NCBI GenBank assembly: GCA_964603455.1 | Contig: CAZRVL010000001.1 | Location: forward strand, 17,031 to 81,030 | Source: an uncultured Lachnospiraceae bacterium | GTDB lineage: Bacteria; Bacillota; Clostridia; Oscillospirales; CAG-272 | Direction of reading: 5' to 3' | DNA length: 64,000 bases | Shown here: positions 9,835-18,743 of the stretch, piece by piece | Position numbering within the stretch: position 1 is the first letter of the stretch | Layout of the letters: each line of letters opens with the position of its first letter | Notes under the pieces: generated by a model | Seen by the model: only the letters and a program-made list of their open reading frames with translations | Database searches by the model: none | What the model was told of the DNA's origin: nothing | Translations under genes and position numbers: made by a program

Positions 9835-11112
9835 TGCGTCAAATCCATTTGAAAGATCGGCAATAATATCATCTATATGCTCAGTACCGATAGAGAGACG
9901 AATAGTATTAGGCTTTATACCCTGCTCGATAAGCTCCTTCTCCGAAAGCTGGCTGTGGGTAGTCGTAGCCGGATGTATAACAAGACTCTTCACATCGGCA
10001 ACATTTGCAAGGAGCGAGAATATCTTCAAATTATCTATGAATTTGTGCGCCTCGGCAGCTCCGCCATTTATTTCAAAGGTGAATATCGATGCACCGCCAT
10101 TCGGAAAATATTTCTCATACAGCTCATGATCAGGATGCGACTTTATTGATGGATGATTTACCTTTTCAACAAGCGGATGCTTTGTCAGAAATTCGACTAC
10201 TTTTTTGGTATTCTCCGCATGACGTTCGAGACGAAGCGAAAGCGTTTCAGTTCCCTGAAGCAGAAGAAATGCCGCAAACGGTGAGATCGACGCTCCGGTA
10301 TCGCGAAGCAGTATTGCACGGACATATGTGACGAATGCCGCAGCTCCGGCCGCCTTGACAAACGATATGCCGTGATATGACGGATTCGGTTCGGATATTG
10401 CAGGATATTTATCCGATGCTGCCCAGTCAAATTTTCCTGAATCGACTATTATGCCACCAAGTGTAGTTCCGTGACCGCCTATAAACTTTGTTGCGGAATG
10501 CACCACAATATCCGCACCATGCTCTATCGGACGGACAAAATACGGAGTTGCAAAGGTATTGTCAACAACGAGCGGGATACCGTGCTTATGTGCGATCTCA
10601 GCCAATGCGTCTATATCCGGAATATCGCTGTTCGGGTTTCCGAGAGTCTCGATATATATTGCTCTGGTATTTTCCTTTACAGCTGCCTCAACTTCATCAA
10701 GGTCGTGAATATTGACAAAGGTCGCGGTTATACCATAATTCGGCAGGGTATGTGCCAGAAGATTGTAGCTTCCACCGTATATCGTCTTCTGTGCGACAAA
10801 ATGACCGCCGTTTTGACCAAGTGCCTGAAGTGTATAGCTTATCGCAGCAGCTCCCGAAGCGACCGCAAGTCCGGCAACACCGCCTTCGAGTGCGGCGATA
10901 CGCTTTTCGAATACCTCCTGAGTCGAATTTGTAAGTCTTCCGTATATATTTCCGGCATCGGAAAGATCGAATCGTGCTGCGGCATGTGCGCAATCGTGAA
11001 AAACATACGATGTGGTCGCATAGATCGGTACTGCACGGGCATCTGTAGCTATATCCGGCTCTTCCTGTCCGACATGAAGCTGGAGCGTTTCGAATTTATA
11101 ATTATTTGACAT
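9826..11112 (-). CDS. metY: O-acetylhomoserine sulfhydrylase (PLP-dependent)
   Basis: FETLQLHVGQE N-terminus and PLP-lysine motif HSATKFIGGHGT; 428 aa. The 3' end overlaps the convergent hydrolase gene by 9 nt. Confidence 0.85.
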   Translation of the reverse strand: MSNNYKFETLQLHVGQEEPDIATDARAVPIYATTSYVFHDCAHAAARFDLSDAGNIYGRLTNSTQEVFEKRIAALEGGVAGLAVASGAAAISYTLQALGQNGGHFVAQKTIYGGSYNLLAHTLPNYGITATFVNIHDLDEVEAAVKENTRAIYIETLGNPNSDIPDIDALAEIAHKHGIPLVVDNTFATPYFVRPIEHGADIVVHSATKFIGGHGTTLGGIIVDSGKFDWAASDKYPAISEPNPSYHGISFVKAAGAAAFVTYVRAILLRDTGASISPFAAFLLLQGTETLSLRLERHAENTKKVVEFLTKHPLVEKVNHPSIKSHPDHELYEKYFPNGGASIFTFEINGGAAEAHKFIDNLKIFSLLANVADVKSLVIHPATTTHSQLSEKELIEQGIKPNTIRLSIGTEHIDDIIADLSNGFDALN

Positions 11113-11294
11113 TGTATTTGTTTCCTTTCAGTTATCGAATGTTTTTGTATATGATCAAGATAATACCTTCACATTCGTCCGAAACGGAAGTTTGCTCTTA
11201 TAAGTTCTTCAAAGATATTTCTCACAGCTTACCTCCACAGCAGATACTTGCTCTGCCGTATCCTTCCGATTTACCTACTATTTAGGTTGGTAAT

Positions 11295-11323
11295 ATTATA
11301 TCATATTTTTTCGGCTTTGTCAA
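11295..11323 (-). promoter_or_regulatory. Sigma-A type promoter of metY
   Basis: Minus strand reads TTGACA (11323-11318), 17 nt, TATAAT (11300-11295). This leaves a leader of about 175 nt before ATG 11112. Confidence 0.7.
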
Positions 11324-11461
11324 GTGGGAAAAACAAATTATTCCAATAAAAATAACGCCTCGCTTTCGAAGCAGTTTAAGTCAATATTCACAAAGCAGTT
11401 GAAGAATCATTGTGTTGGATAAAAAGTCATATAAAGTATATCGAAAGCTCTATATTAAAAT

Positions 11462-11486
11462 ACACGCCTGCATTGTGCAGACGTGT
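11462..11486 (-). terminator. Rho-independent terminator after the metallophosphoesterase gene
   Basis: ACACGTCTGCA-CAA-TGCAGGCGTGT, an 11-bp stem with one G-U pair, followed by ATTTTAAT. Confidence 0.6.
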
Positions 11487-11492
11487 ACAATT

Positions 11493-12494
11493 TTAATCAT
11501 TAACAATATGATCTACATTGATATGTATATGCTCGACCTCAGCACCGCTTTCCGAAATTTTCAGAAGCGTTCCGCCGTTCAGTCGCTGATCCCAATAGCA
11601 GCCCGCTCCGGTCTTGAGCGAATATACCAAGGTCATTCCCTTATAGTTTATCACATAGTCGTTCACATGCTCATGTCCCACAAGCGTCAATTTAGTATGA
11701 CCGCCGGCATTCACATAGTCAAAATCTCCGGTATCGACCGGATAAGAGCCGACTCCCTCGTACTTTGCACCGTATGCAGTTTTGTAGCCCTCGTTCCAAT
11801 ACTTATGGTCGCGGCTCTCTTCAGGACTTACGGTTTTCGGATCTACCGAACCGTTCCATGCCGCATTGAAAGCATCAAGATATGCGTAATAAGGCATATG
11901 CATTACTAGTGTAGCATTGACACCAAGCTTTTCCGCCTCTTCACGCTGCCATTTGAGTTGATTGTCCATCAAATGCGCCCATTTCTTTGTGATTCTGCCG
12001 TCAGCTCCGGTAAAATCCAGTCTGTCGTGGCTGTCCATCATAAATATCGCATGTATCGGCTTGCCATCCTCTTCAATACTTATAATGTAGTTTCCGCAGC
12101 CCATCTCAGAATCGCCCTTTTCAAATATACAGTGACTTTGCGAGAGCATTATATCGGCATGATGCGAAGCGACTTCCGCGCCGGCTTGATTATCATGATT
12201 TCCAAAGACAAACGCCCACGGTATCTTGTAGGATTCAAGCAGAGCCGAAAAATCCTCATAAGCCGAATCAGCTCGCGGTGAGTCGGCAAATGTAATATCA
12301 CCCGAGACAGTGATGAGATCCGGCTTTGTTTTGGCGATGAGAGAACCGATCGTATATTCAAGTATTCGGCGGTTCTTGCCGTTATCGGCTGCCTTGCACT
12401 CCCATTCATCGGCGGTCAGATGGGTATCGGTGAGGTTTAGAACACGAAACTCGCGATCCTTTGGCTTTTGAAGAATAAACATATTTTCCTCCAT
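11493..12494 (-). CDS. Calcineurin-like metallophosphoesterase
   Basis: Motifs LTDTH, SGDITFAD, GNHD and GHEH. Confidence 0.75.
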   Translation of the reverse strand: MEENMFILQKPKDREFRVLNLTDTHLTADEWECKAADNGKNRRILEYTIGSLIAKTKPDLITVSGDITFADSPRADSAYEDFSALLESYKIPWAFVFGNHDNQAGAEVASHHADIMLSQSHCIFEKGDSEMGCGNYIISIEEDGKPIHAIFMMDSHDRLDFTGADGRITKKWAHLMDNQLKWQREEAEKLGVNATLVMHMPYYAYLDAFNAAWNGSVDPKTVSPEESRDHKYWNEGYKTAYGAKYEGVGSYPVDTGDFDYVNAGGHTKLTLVGHEHVNDYVINYKGMTLVYSLKTGAGCYWDQRLNGGTLLKISESGAEVEHIHINVDHIVND

Positions 12495-12604
12495 ATATTC
12501 TCAGCCTTCGGAGTTTAAAAATTTCTCCATCCGGCATTTTAATTTATTATCGAAACCTGCTGTTAAGCCAACGGCATAGGTAAAAATATATTTGTATATT
12601 AATT

Positions 12605-12628
12605 AAGGTCTCGCAAAAACGAGACCTT
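12605..12628 (-). terminator. Rho-independent terminator
   Basis: AAGGTCTCG-loop-CGAGACCTT, a 9-bp stem with AT-rich flanks, just downstream of the stop at 12645. Confidence 0.65.
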
Positions 12629-12644
12629 ACCTTAATTAATTCGC

Positions 12645-12986
12645 TCAAACATTCTCTTCGGAATAATCCTCATAGTTATACTTATCATATTCGAGCATCT
12701 CGCGGCGAAGCTTCATCATTCTGAGAGTTTCTCTCACCTTTCCGATTAGCAGCACAAGTCCGCTCATGAAGGATATTGCACCGATAAATATCAGGGTCAG
12801 CTTCAATACCGAAATAGAATAATCACCCTTTGAGCCTATCGACATCATCGGAGTCGATTCATGTCCCTTCTTCGAGACCGATACATTCGTATCGAACTTG
12901 GCATTTACCACGAGACCACCCTTCGGGTCAAGGCATTTTACGAACTTTTTTATATTTTTTTTGATCTTTTTAAGTTGCTTTGTCAT
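12645..12986 (-). CDS. Small single-pass membrane protein, unknown function
   Basis: 113 aa with a lysine-rich N-terminus, one TM (LKLTLIFIGAISFMSGLVLLIG) and an acidic tail. It lies 17 nt downstream of the preceding membrane-protein gene. Confidence 0.45.
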   Translation of the reverse strand: MTKQLKKIKKNIKKFVKCLDPKGGLVVNAKFDTNVSVSKKGHESTPMMSIGSKGDYSISVLKLTLIFIGAISFMSGLVLLIGKVRETLRMMKLRREMLEYDKYNYEDYSEENV

Positions 12987-13002
12987 TGCTGCCTCCTGAA
13001 AG

Positions 13003-13629
13003 TTATTTTTTCTTTTCCTTGTCGGCTATATTCGGTCGCGAGGTCGATGTATCCGGCTTCTGCTGTCTCTCCGGGATTATGCGCAGATTATTTGAGCCCA
13101 TAAGATATGAAAATGCGCAAACGTCAATCGACGGCAGAGTCATAATTATGAACCACCACCATATATGTGCCATAGTGCCCGAGCTCTCAGGAAGTCCGGA
13201 TATTAGCAGATTTTCAAGTGTCTTTATTATTCCGAGAAAAGCACCGTTCATAAGTCTCGCGATAGCGTTGCATACAAGGCTCATAACCTGCGAGCCTTCA
13301 CTGTCGATAAGTACACCTATGCCCATGAGAAGTGCAAGGATAAGGTTCGGAACATTTGCACCAATGCCTATGAAAATGCCCTTTTCATTAAACCGGCGCA
13401 TTCTTCCGCCATCGATCTTTATTTTATCAGCAGCTCCAATATCCCAACATATGGTATAGGTTATCGCAAGTCCGAAGACCACCGCAAATATGCTTGACCA
13501 CAAAAGCAGCGAAGCATTTCTGAGTGTCGCTATGGCAAGCATGGTTCCAAAGAACGACATGACTATCTGTGTCAAAAAGACCTTTACCATGCTGTAAGAA
13601 TTTTCCTTTATAAACTGAATAAGTATCAC
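13003..13629 (-). CDS. Polytopic membrane protein, unknown function (start codon uncertain)
   Basis: 208 aa with at least 5 hydrophobic segments and a basic C-terminal tail. The track start is a GTG abutting GAAAGG. No family recognised. Confidence 0.5.
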   Translation of the reverse strand: MILIQFIKENSYSMVKVFLTQIVMSFFGTMLAIATLRNASLLLWSSIFAVVFGLAITYTICWDIGAADKIKIDGGRMRRFNEKGIFIGIGANVPNLILALLMGIGVLIDSEGSQVMSLVCNAIARLMNGAFLGIIKTLENLLISGLPESSGTMAHIWWWFIIMTLPSIDVCAFSYLMGSNNLRIIPERQQKPDTSTSRPNIADKEKKK

Positions 13630-13750
13630 ACCTTTCGGTAATTTTTGTTACTACTATTATATCCTGATTTTCAGTCAAAATCAAGTGGAAACAGTAAAAA
13701 TTTACATCTTATTTTATAAAGATTAACTCATTCATTAAAGCTTATGACAC

Positions 13751-13779
13751 TTGACAAAATGCAAAAAGTGGTGTATAAT
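13751..13779 (+). promoter_or_regulatory. Sigma-A type promoter of the recombinase-MATE operon
   Basis: TTGACA (13751-13756), 17 nt, TATAAT (13774-13779). The transcript would begin with the hairpin TGCAGAC-AATG-GTCTGCA followed by GTTTTT (13788-13811). Confidence 0.7.
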
Positions 13780-13834
13780 AGTGATATGCAGACAATGGTC
13801 TGCAGTTTTTATATATTATTGTGGAGGATATTAA

Positions 13835-14851
13835 ATGCAGACTCTTATAGACCCGGATGAACTTCCGAAGGTCGTTCGGGATTTTATGGCACATAAGCAG
13901 ACTGTCCAAGGAAGAGCTAAAAAAACTATGGAAGAATATGCGCTCGACATACGCACATTTCTGCGTTGGCTGACCTTGAAACGTAAGGGCATAGAAAAAA
14001 TTGATAACGATGAGCTTCAGCAAATAGATATATCCAAGCTCGATACCGAATTTATAACCTCGGTCACATCTGAGGAGATATACACTTTCCTTTTTTATAC
14101 ATTAAATGAAAGACAAAACCAACCGGCATCACGCGCAAGAAAATTATCCGCGCTTAAAAGCTTTTACAAATATATAACCGTATCCGCAAGACTTTCGGAC
14201 AACGACCCGACAAAAAATATTGAAGGTCCTCAGAAAAAGCAATCTCTGCCAAAATATTTGACGCTTGAAGAGAGCGAAGAACTGCTGAATGCGATAAAGA
14301 ACGACACAGAATCGAAAAGTGTCGCACGTGATTACTGCATAGTAACGCTTTTTTTGAACTGCGGAATGCGGCTTTCCGAGCTGTGCAATATAAATCTGTC
14401 TGACATCGATCGAAATTTGGAATCTCTCAGAGTGACCGGAAAGGGATCGAAGGAAAGGCTTATATATCTGAACGATTCCTGCCGCAGAGCGATCTCAGAT
14501 TGGCTTGCCGCACGAAGTACAGACCCCGAAATACGCGACAAGGACGCATTGTTTCTGTCATCGAGACACACGCGCATATCAAACAAGACCGTTCAATGGA
14601 TGGTATATAAATATCTCGATGCGGCAGGTCTCGGAAATAAATCGCTCTCAACGCACAAACTGCGTCACACCGCAGCTACTCTTATGTATCAGAGCGGAAA
14701 TGTTGATGTTCGAGTACTCAAGGATATTCTCGGACATGAGCAGTTGAACACGACTCAAATATACACACACGTGAGCGATGAAAACATGAAAAATGCGATT
14801 GACCACAATCCGTTAAATCAAAGCAAAAACAAAGAGGATAAAGAAAATTAA
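13835..14851 (+). CDS. Tyrosine recombinase, XerC/XerD-like
   Basis: N-terminal SAM-like core-binding region. Catalytic motifs RLSELCNI, HKLRHTAAT and LGHEQLNTTQIYTHV. Confidence 0.85.
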   Translation: MQTLIDPDELPKVVRDFMAHKQTVQGRAKKTMEEYALDIRTFLRWLTLKRKGIEKIDNDELQQIDISKLDTEFITSVTSEEIYTFLFYTLNERQNQPASRARKLSALKSFYKYITVSARLSDNDPTKNIEGPQKKQSLPKYLTLEESEELLNAIKNDTESKSVARDYCIVTLFLNCGMRLSELCNINLSDIDRNLESLRVTGKGSKERLIYLNDSCRRAISDWLAARSTDPEIRDKDALFLSSRHTRISNKTVQWMVYKYLDAAGLGNKSLSTHKLRHTAATLMYQSGNVDVRVLKDILGHEQLNTTQIYTHVSDENMKNAIDHNPLNQSKNKEDKEN

Positions 14852-14854
14852 AAT

Positions 14855-16228
14855 ATGGATACATCTGTCAATATAAAAAGCAAAGCTGATAAAAGTAATC
14901 TGACCGTTGGCTCTCTGCCAAAAAAAATACTTATATTCAGCCTTCCGCTGATGTTCTCAAACGTTCTTCAGGTGCTCTTTAATATGTCCGATATTGCAGT
15001 CGTAGGTCGATTTGCAGGTTCGAAGGCACTCGGCTCGGTCGGTTCTACAACTATAATAGTCATGCTTCTGACCGGAATATTGATCGGCATGGGAAGCGGA
15101 GTAAACGTTATCGTTGCGCGTTGTATCGGCGCAGGTCACAAAAAAGAGATCTCGGATTCTGTACATACAGCGTTTTTGATATGCCTTTTCACCGGTATAA
15201 CCGTTATGCTCGGCGGAATGCTGTTCTGCCGTCCGCTGCTCGAACTTCTCGGAACAAAAGCAGATCTTATAGACGGTGCAGAGCTTTATCTCCGCATATA
15301 TGCAATCGGAATGCCTGCACTCGGAGTATATAACTTCGGAAATGCGGTATACAGTGCAGCCGGAAACACAAAGAAGCCGCTGATATTCCTGCTAATATCA
15401 GGCATAATAAACGTGATACTCAATTTGATATTTGTCATAGTCATCCAGCTCAATGTAGCAGGTGTCGCACTCGCAAGCATAATCGCTCAGTACATCTCAG
15501 CGATCTCGGTAACTGTCTCGCTTATAAGATGTAAGGGAGATCACAAAATAATTCCAAAGAAAATAGGTCTGAATGCACATTTTTCAAAGCAGATAATCGC
15601 GCTCGGTCTTCCGGCAAGCTTTCAGAACTCTATATTCGCGATAGCTAATCTCTTCATTCAAGCCGGAGTCAACAGCTTCGACAGCATAGTTGTTGAAGGA
15701 AACTCAGCCGCTTCAAACGCCGACACGCTCGTATACGACCTGATGGCTGCTATATATACCGCTTGCTCGTCCTTTATGAGCCAAAATCTCGGAGCCGGAA
15801 AGCGTGACAGAGTTATAAAGAGCTATTTTTGGAGTCTTGCATATTCGTTCGGCGCGGCACTCATATTCGGAATATTTCTTGCGGCATTCGGAAATGAATT
15901 TTTGATGCTCTTTACAAAGGACACCGCAGTCGCGGCTGAGGGTATGGAAAGACTAAAGATAATGGCATTTTCATACTGCATATCGGCGTTCATGGACTGC
16001 ACGATAGCGGCTTCGAGAGGACTCGGAAAGAGTCTTGTACCGACTGTTATCGTGATAATGGGTTCGTGCGTATTCCGTGTTGCATGGGTATATACTGTAT
16101 TTGCATATTTCCACACTCTGCCAAGTTTATATCTGCTGTATGCCTTCTCATGGGCAATAACTGCCATTGCCGAAATAATATATTTTGCGCATAGCTTTAA
16201 AAAGCTCAAGCTCCCAAATGTCGCATAA
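14855..16228 (+). CDS. MATE family efflux transporter
   Basis: 457 aa with 12 predicted TM segments. Typical N-terminus LPKKILIFSLPLMFSNVLQVLFNMSDIAVVGRF. It starts 4 nt after the recombinase stop. Confidence 0.85.
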   Translation: MDTSVNIKSKADKSNLTVGSLPKKILIFSLPLMFSNVLQVLFNMSDIAVVGRFAGSKALGSVGSTTIIVMLLTGILIGMGSGVNVIVARCIGAGHKKEISDSVHTAFLICLFTGITVMLGGMLFCRPLLELLGTKADLIDGAELYLRIYAIGMPALGVYNFGNAVYSAAGNTKKPLIFLLISGIINVILNLIFVIVIQLNVAGVALASIIAQYISAISVTVSLIRCKGDHKIIPKKIGLNAHFSKQIIALGLPASFQNSIFAIANLFIQAGVNSFDSIVVEGNSAASNADTLVYDLMAAIYTACSSFMSQNLGAGKRDRVIKSYFWSLAYSFGAALIFGIFLAAFGNEFLMLFTKDTAVAAEGMERLKIMAFSYCISAFMDCTIAASRGLGKSLVPTVIVIMGSCVFRVAWVYTVFAYFHTLPSLYLLYAFSWAITAIAEIIYFAHSFKKLKLPNVA

Positions 16229-16231
16229 GAT

Positions 16232-17014
16232 CTACTTTCCGCGGTAATCGCGTGGTGTTCTTCCCGAAAATTTCATAAAAACACGATTGAAATTTCTCTG
16301 TGAGCCAAAGCCGCAATCATAGGCTATCTGCGTTATGCTCTGATCGGTCTCGCAAAGCAGATAGTATGCTCTTTCGACTCTAAGAGAATTTACAAAATCC
16401 GAGAAGCCGATACCAAGGCATTCGGACATTATGTGCGATATGTATGTGCTGTTGTACCCGATTATCTTTGAAGCATATTCCAAATTGAACTCTTGATTTG
16501 TATAGTTCTTCATGCAGACCGTGAGTATCAATTCTATCGTACTGCATTTTGACTGATTCCACGGTTTGAGCTCCACATTGTCAAAAAATTCGCTCAAAAG
16601 CGAAAGCAACATACCCTTCAAAACATTTTCATTCCGTGTTCCGCGGTTAAAATAATGTCCACAGCACATTATCATATCAGCATACCCCTTAAAAAGCTTC
16701 GATGTGCTTATGACCGGATCCTTTATTCGGTTATAGAGCATTATATTGCTGTACTCAGGAACGCTTGATGGCGGAACAATCATCATCAGCATATAATTTC
16801 GTTCGTCCGAAATATATTCGTGTTCTTCGAACGGCATTGCAAAATACATATCGCCCGGAGTCATTTTATACTCTTTTTCGCCGATCTTGACGGTGAATTT
16901 TCCGGAGATAAGATACAATATCTCAAATTCATAATGAAAATGATTATGGAATGACTTATTTTCCAAAAAGATAGCAAACGGCACTCTTGAATCCTTAACG
17001 AACTGCTTCTCCAA
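16232..17014 (-). CDS. AraC family transcriptional regulator (cupin sensor plus HTH)
   Basis: N-terminal cupin-like region (FHNHFHYEFEILYLISG) and C-terminal AraC HTH (GFGSQRNFNRVFMKFSGRTPRDYR). Confidence 0.8.
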   Translation of the reverse strand: MEKQFVKDSRVPFAIFLENKSFHNHFHYEFEILYLISGKFTVKIGEKEYKMTPGDMYFAMPFEEHEYISDERNYMLMMIVPPSSVPEYSNIMLYNRIKDPVISTSKLFKGYADMIMCCGHYFNRGTRNENVLKGMLLSLLSEFFDNVELKPWNQSKCSTIELILTVCMKNYTNQEFNLEYASKIIGYNSTYISHIMSECLGIGFSDFVNSLRVERAYYLLCETDQSITQIAYDCGFGSQRNFNRVFMKFSGRTPRDYRGK

Positions 17015-17160
17015 AATTACATCATCCTTTCAAAAATTCATGTAATCATTATACCACAAATCACATGATATGTCTATATCATGTTCGAAAAATTCTTTTA
17101 AAAATATATTAATTGAGGTATAATAAACTTGCAAATATAATTTTTGAAAGGATGTTTTTT

Positions 17161-18588
17161 ATGAAAAACAAAATAACAGCTCTGCTCCTCGTTGCAGCTC
17201 AGCTCGCACTCTTCTCATGCGGTGATCAGCAAAACAGCAACACTGAATCTTCAATTGAAGACACTCAAAGCGGCGATACCACAGCAAGTGACGGATATTC
17301 TCCGTCTAAGACATTTGATGACAAAGAGGTAAATATACTTCTTTGGACAGGAAGCCGCATCGCCGTAACAGAGGAAACCGGCGATGTAATAGATGACGCT
17401 GTATATAAAAGGAATCTTAAGGTAGAGGATGAGCTTAAGGTAAAGTTTAAGTATGATTCACGTACCGGTCACGGAAATGAATACAGTTCATGGCTCTCGA
17501 CCTTAAATTCAAGCATACTCGCAGGCGACAACGCATATCAGCTCGCCGGAGGATACGGCTACAGACTTTCAACAGAAGCTCTGAGCGGAAACTTTATGGA
17601 TCTCGCTGACAATCCATACATTGACTTCACAAAGCCATGGTGGCCGTCAAATATAATCGAAGCTGCCGATATAGGCGGAAAAATAACTATGGCATTCGGA
17701 AACATAGATCCTGTATACTATGATTCGACTTATGCGGTATTCTTCAATAAGGTCATTGCCGAGGATAATAAGCTCAATGATATATATCAGCTCGTAAATG
17801 ACGGCAAATGGACGCTCGACAAATTTCTCGAATATTCGCAGACTGCTGCAGATGATCTCAACGGCGATTCAAAAATGACCGAAGAAGACAGATACGGTGT
17901 ACTTTTCGACACGGCTATGTCGATAGACGCATTCATAAATTCCTGCGATATTAAAATAACCTCCAGAGATTCTGACGGACTTCCGAAGCTCATCGGATTA
18001 TCTGAAAAATATATAAATGTACAGCAGAAGCTGCGTTCCGCTATACACAATTCGGATCATGTAAGCTATGGAAATGAAAACAACAGCACGCTTTTTATGA
18101 GCGGAAAAGCACTTTTCATGCCGGTAAGTCTCAAATCCGCACATACTCTCCGCGCAATGGATGACGATTTCGGCATAATCCCTTATCCGAAATACAATGA
18201 GGAACAGGAAAAATACATCACTCACAACTCCATCGGAAACACGACCGCATATCTCGTTCCGATAACCTCGGACGCGGAGCTTGCGGGTTGCGTACTTGAA
18301 GCATTGGCTTATTACGGTTACAAGGATATTCTTCCCGAATACTATGAACGCGCATTAAAGGGTAAGGGCACTCGCGATGATGAATCGGCAGCGATGCTCG
18401 ATTTGATATTCGCCAACATCGAATTTGAATTTACCCAGATATATTCCTTCAATTTCGGCGACAATAAATCACCATCAATGGCACTCAGAGCCTCTGTATA
18501 CTATGACGAAGAGCTGGCATCGACATGGGCTAAGAGTGAAAATCTGTATGAGGAAACGATGAAGAACCTCATAAATGAACTCAAATAA
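17161..18588 (+). CDS. Solute-binding-protein-type lipoprotein, paralog 1 (LplA-like family-1 SBP, no cognate permease nearby)
   Basis: SD GAAAGGA lies 8 nt before ATG 17161. Lipobox LALFSCGD. Family motifs FGIIPYPKYNEEQEKY and YYERALKGKGTRDDESAAMLDLIF. Confidence 0.65.
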   Translation: MKNKITALLLVAAQLALFSCGDQQNSNTESSIEDTQSGDTTASDGYSPSKTFDDKEVNILLWTGSRIAVTEETGDVIDDAVYKRNLKVEDELKVKFKYDSRTGHGNEYSSWLSTLNSSILAGDNAYQLAGGYGYRLSTEALSGNFMDLADNPYIDFTKPWWPSNIIEAADIGGKITMAFGNIDPVYYDSTYAVFFNKVIAEDNKLNDIYQLVNDGKWTLDKFLEYSQTAADDLNGDSKMTEEDRYGVLFDTAMSIDAFINSCDIKITSRDSDGLPKLIGLSEKYINVQQKLRSAIHNSDHVSYGNENNSTLFMSGKALFMPVSLKSAHTLRAMDDDFGIIPYPKYNEEQEKYITHNSIGNTTAYLVPITSDAELAGCVLEALAYYGYKDILPEYYERALKGKGTRDDESAAMLDLIFANIEFEFTQIYSFNFGDNKSPSMALRASVYYDEELASTWAKSENLYEETMKNLINELK

Positions 18589-18671
18589 TTCCAAAATTTA
18601 ACTTGGCAAACAACAATTCTTGTGCAGAAAAAGTGATATGTAAAATATATGTAAATATTTCCTTGAATCTA

Positions 18672-18702
18672 TTGACAAATTTCGGGGGGGGGGTGGTATA
18701 AT
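18672..18702 (+). promoter_or_regulatory. Promoter of SBP paralog 2 with a homopolymeric G10 spacer
   Basis: TTGACA (18672-18677), a 19-nt spacer containing G10, then an extended -10 TGGTATAAT (18694-18702). ATG 18744 follows SD AAGGAGA. Confidence 0.7.
18684..18693 (+). repeat. Homopolymeric G10 tract
   Basis: Read directly as ttcGGGGGGGGGGtgg. I saw no comparable homopolymer elsewhere in the window. Confidence 0.95.
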
Positions 18703-18743
18703 GTTGATATATTATGAATTTTTCTTGCACAAGGAGAATAAAA

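Noticed and set aside
11113-11294. SAM-I riboswitch or Met T-box in the metY leader.
   Set aside because: The defining conserved cores and a terminator/antiterminator pair are absent. It is reported only as an unclassified long leader.
13835-14851. The tyrosine recombinase read as a marker of an integrated mobile element or prophage.
   Set aside because: No flanking phage, conjugation or transposition genes, tRNA target or direct-repeat att sites are visible. The neighbouring genes look chromosomal.
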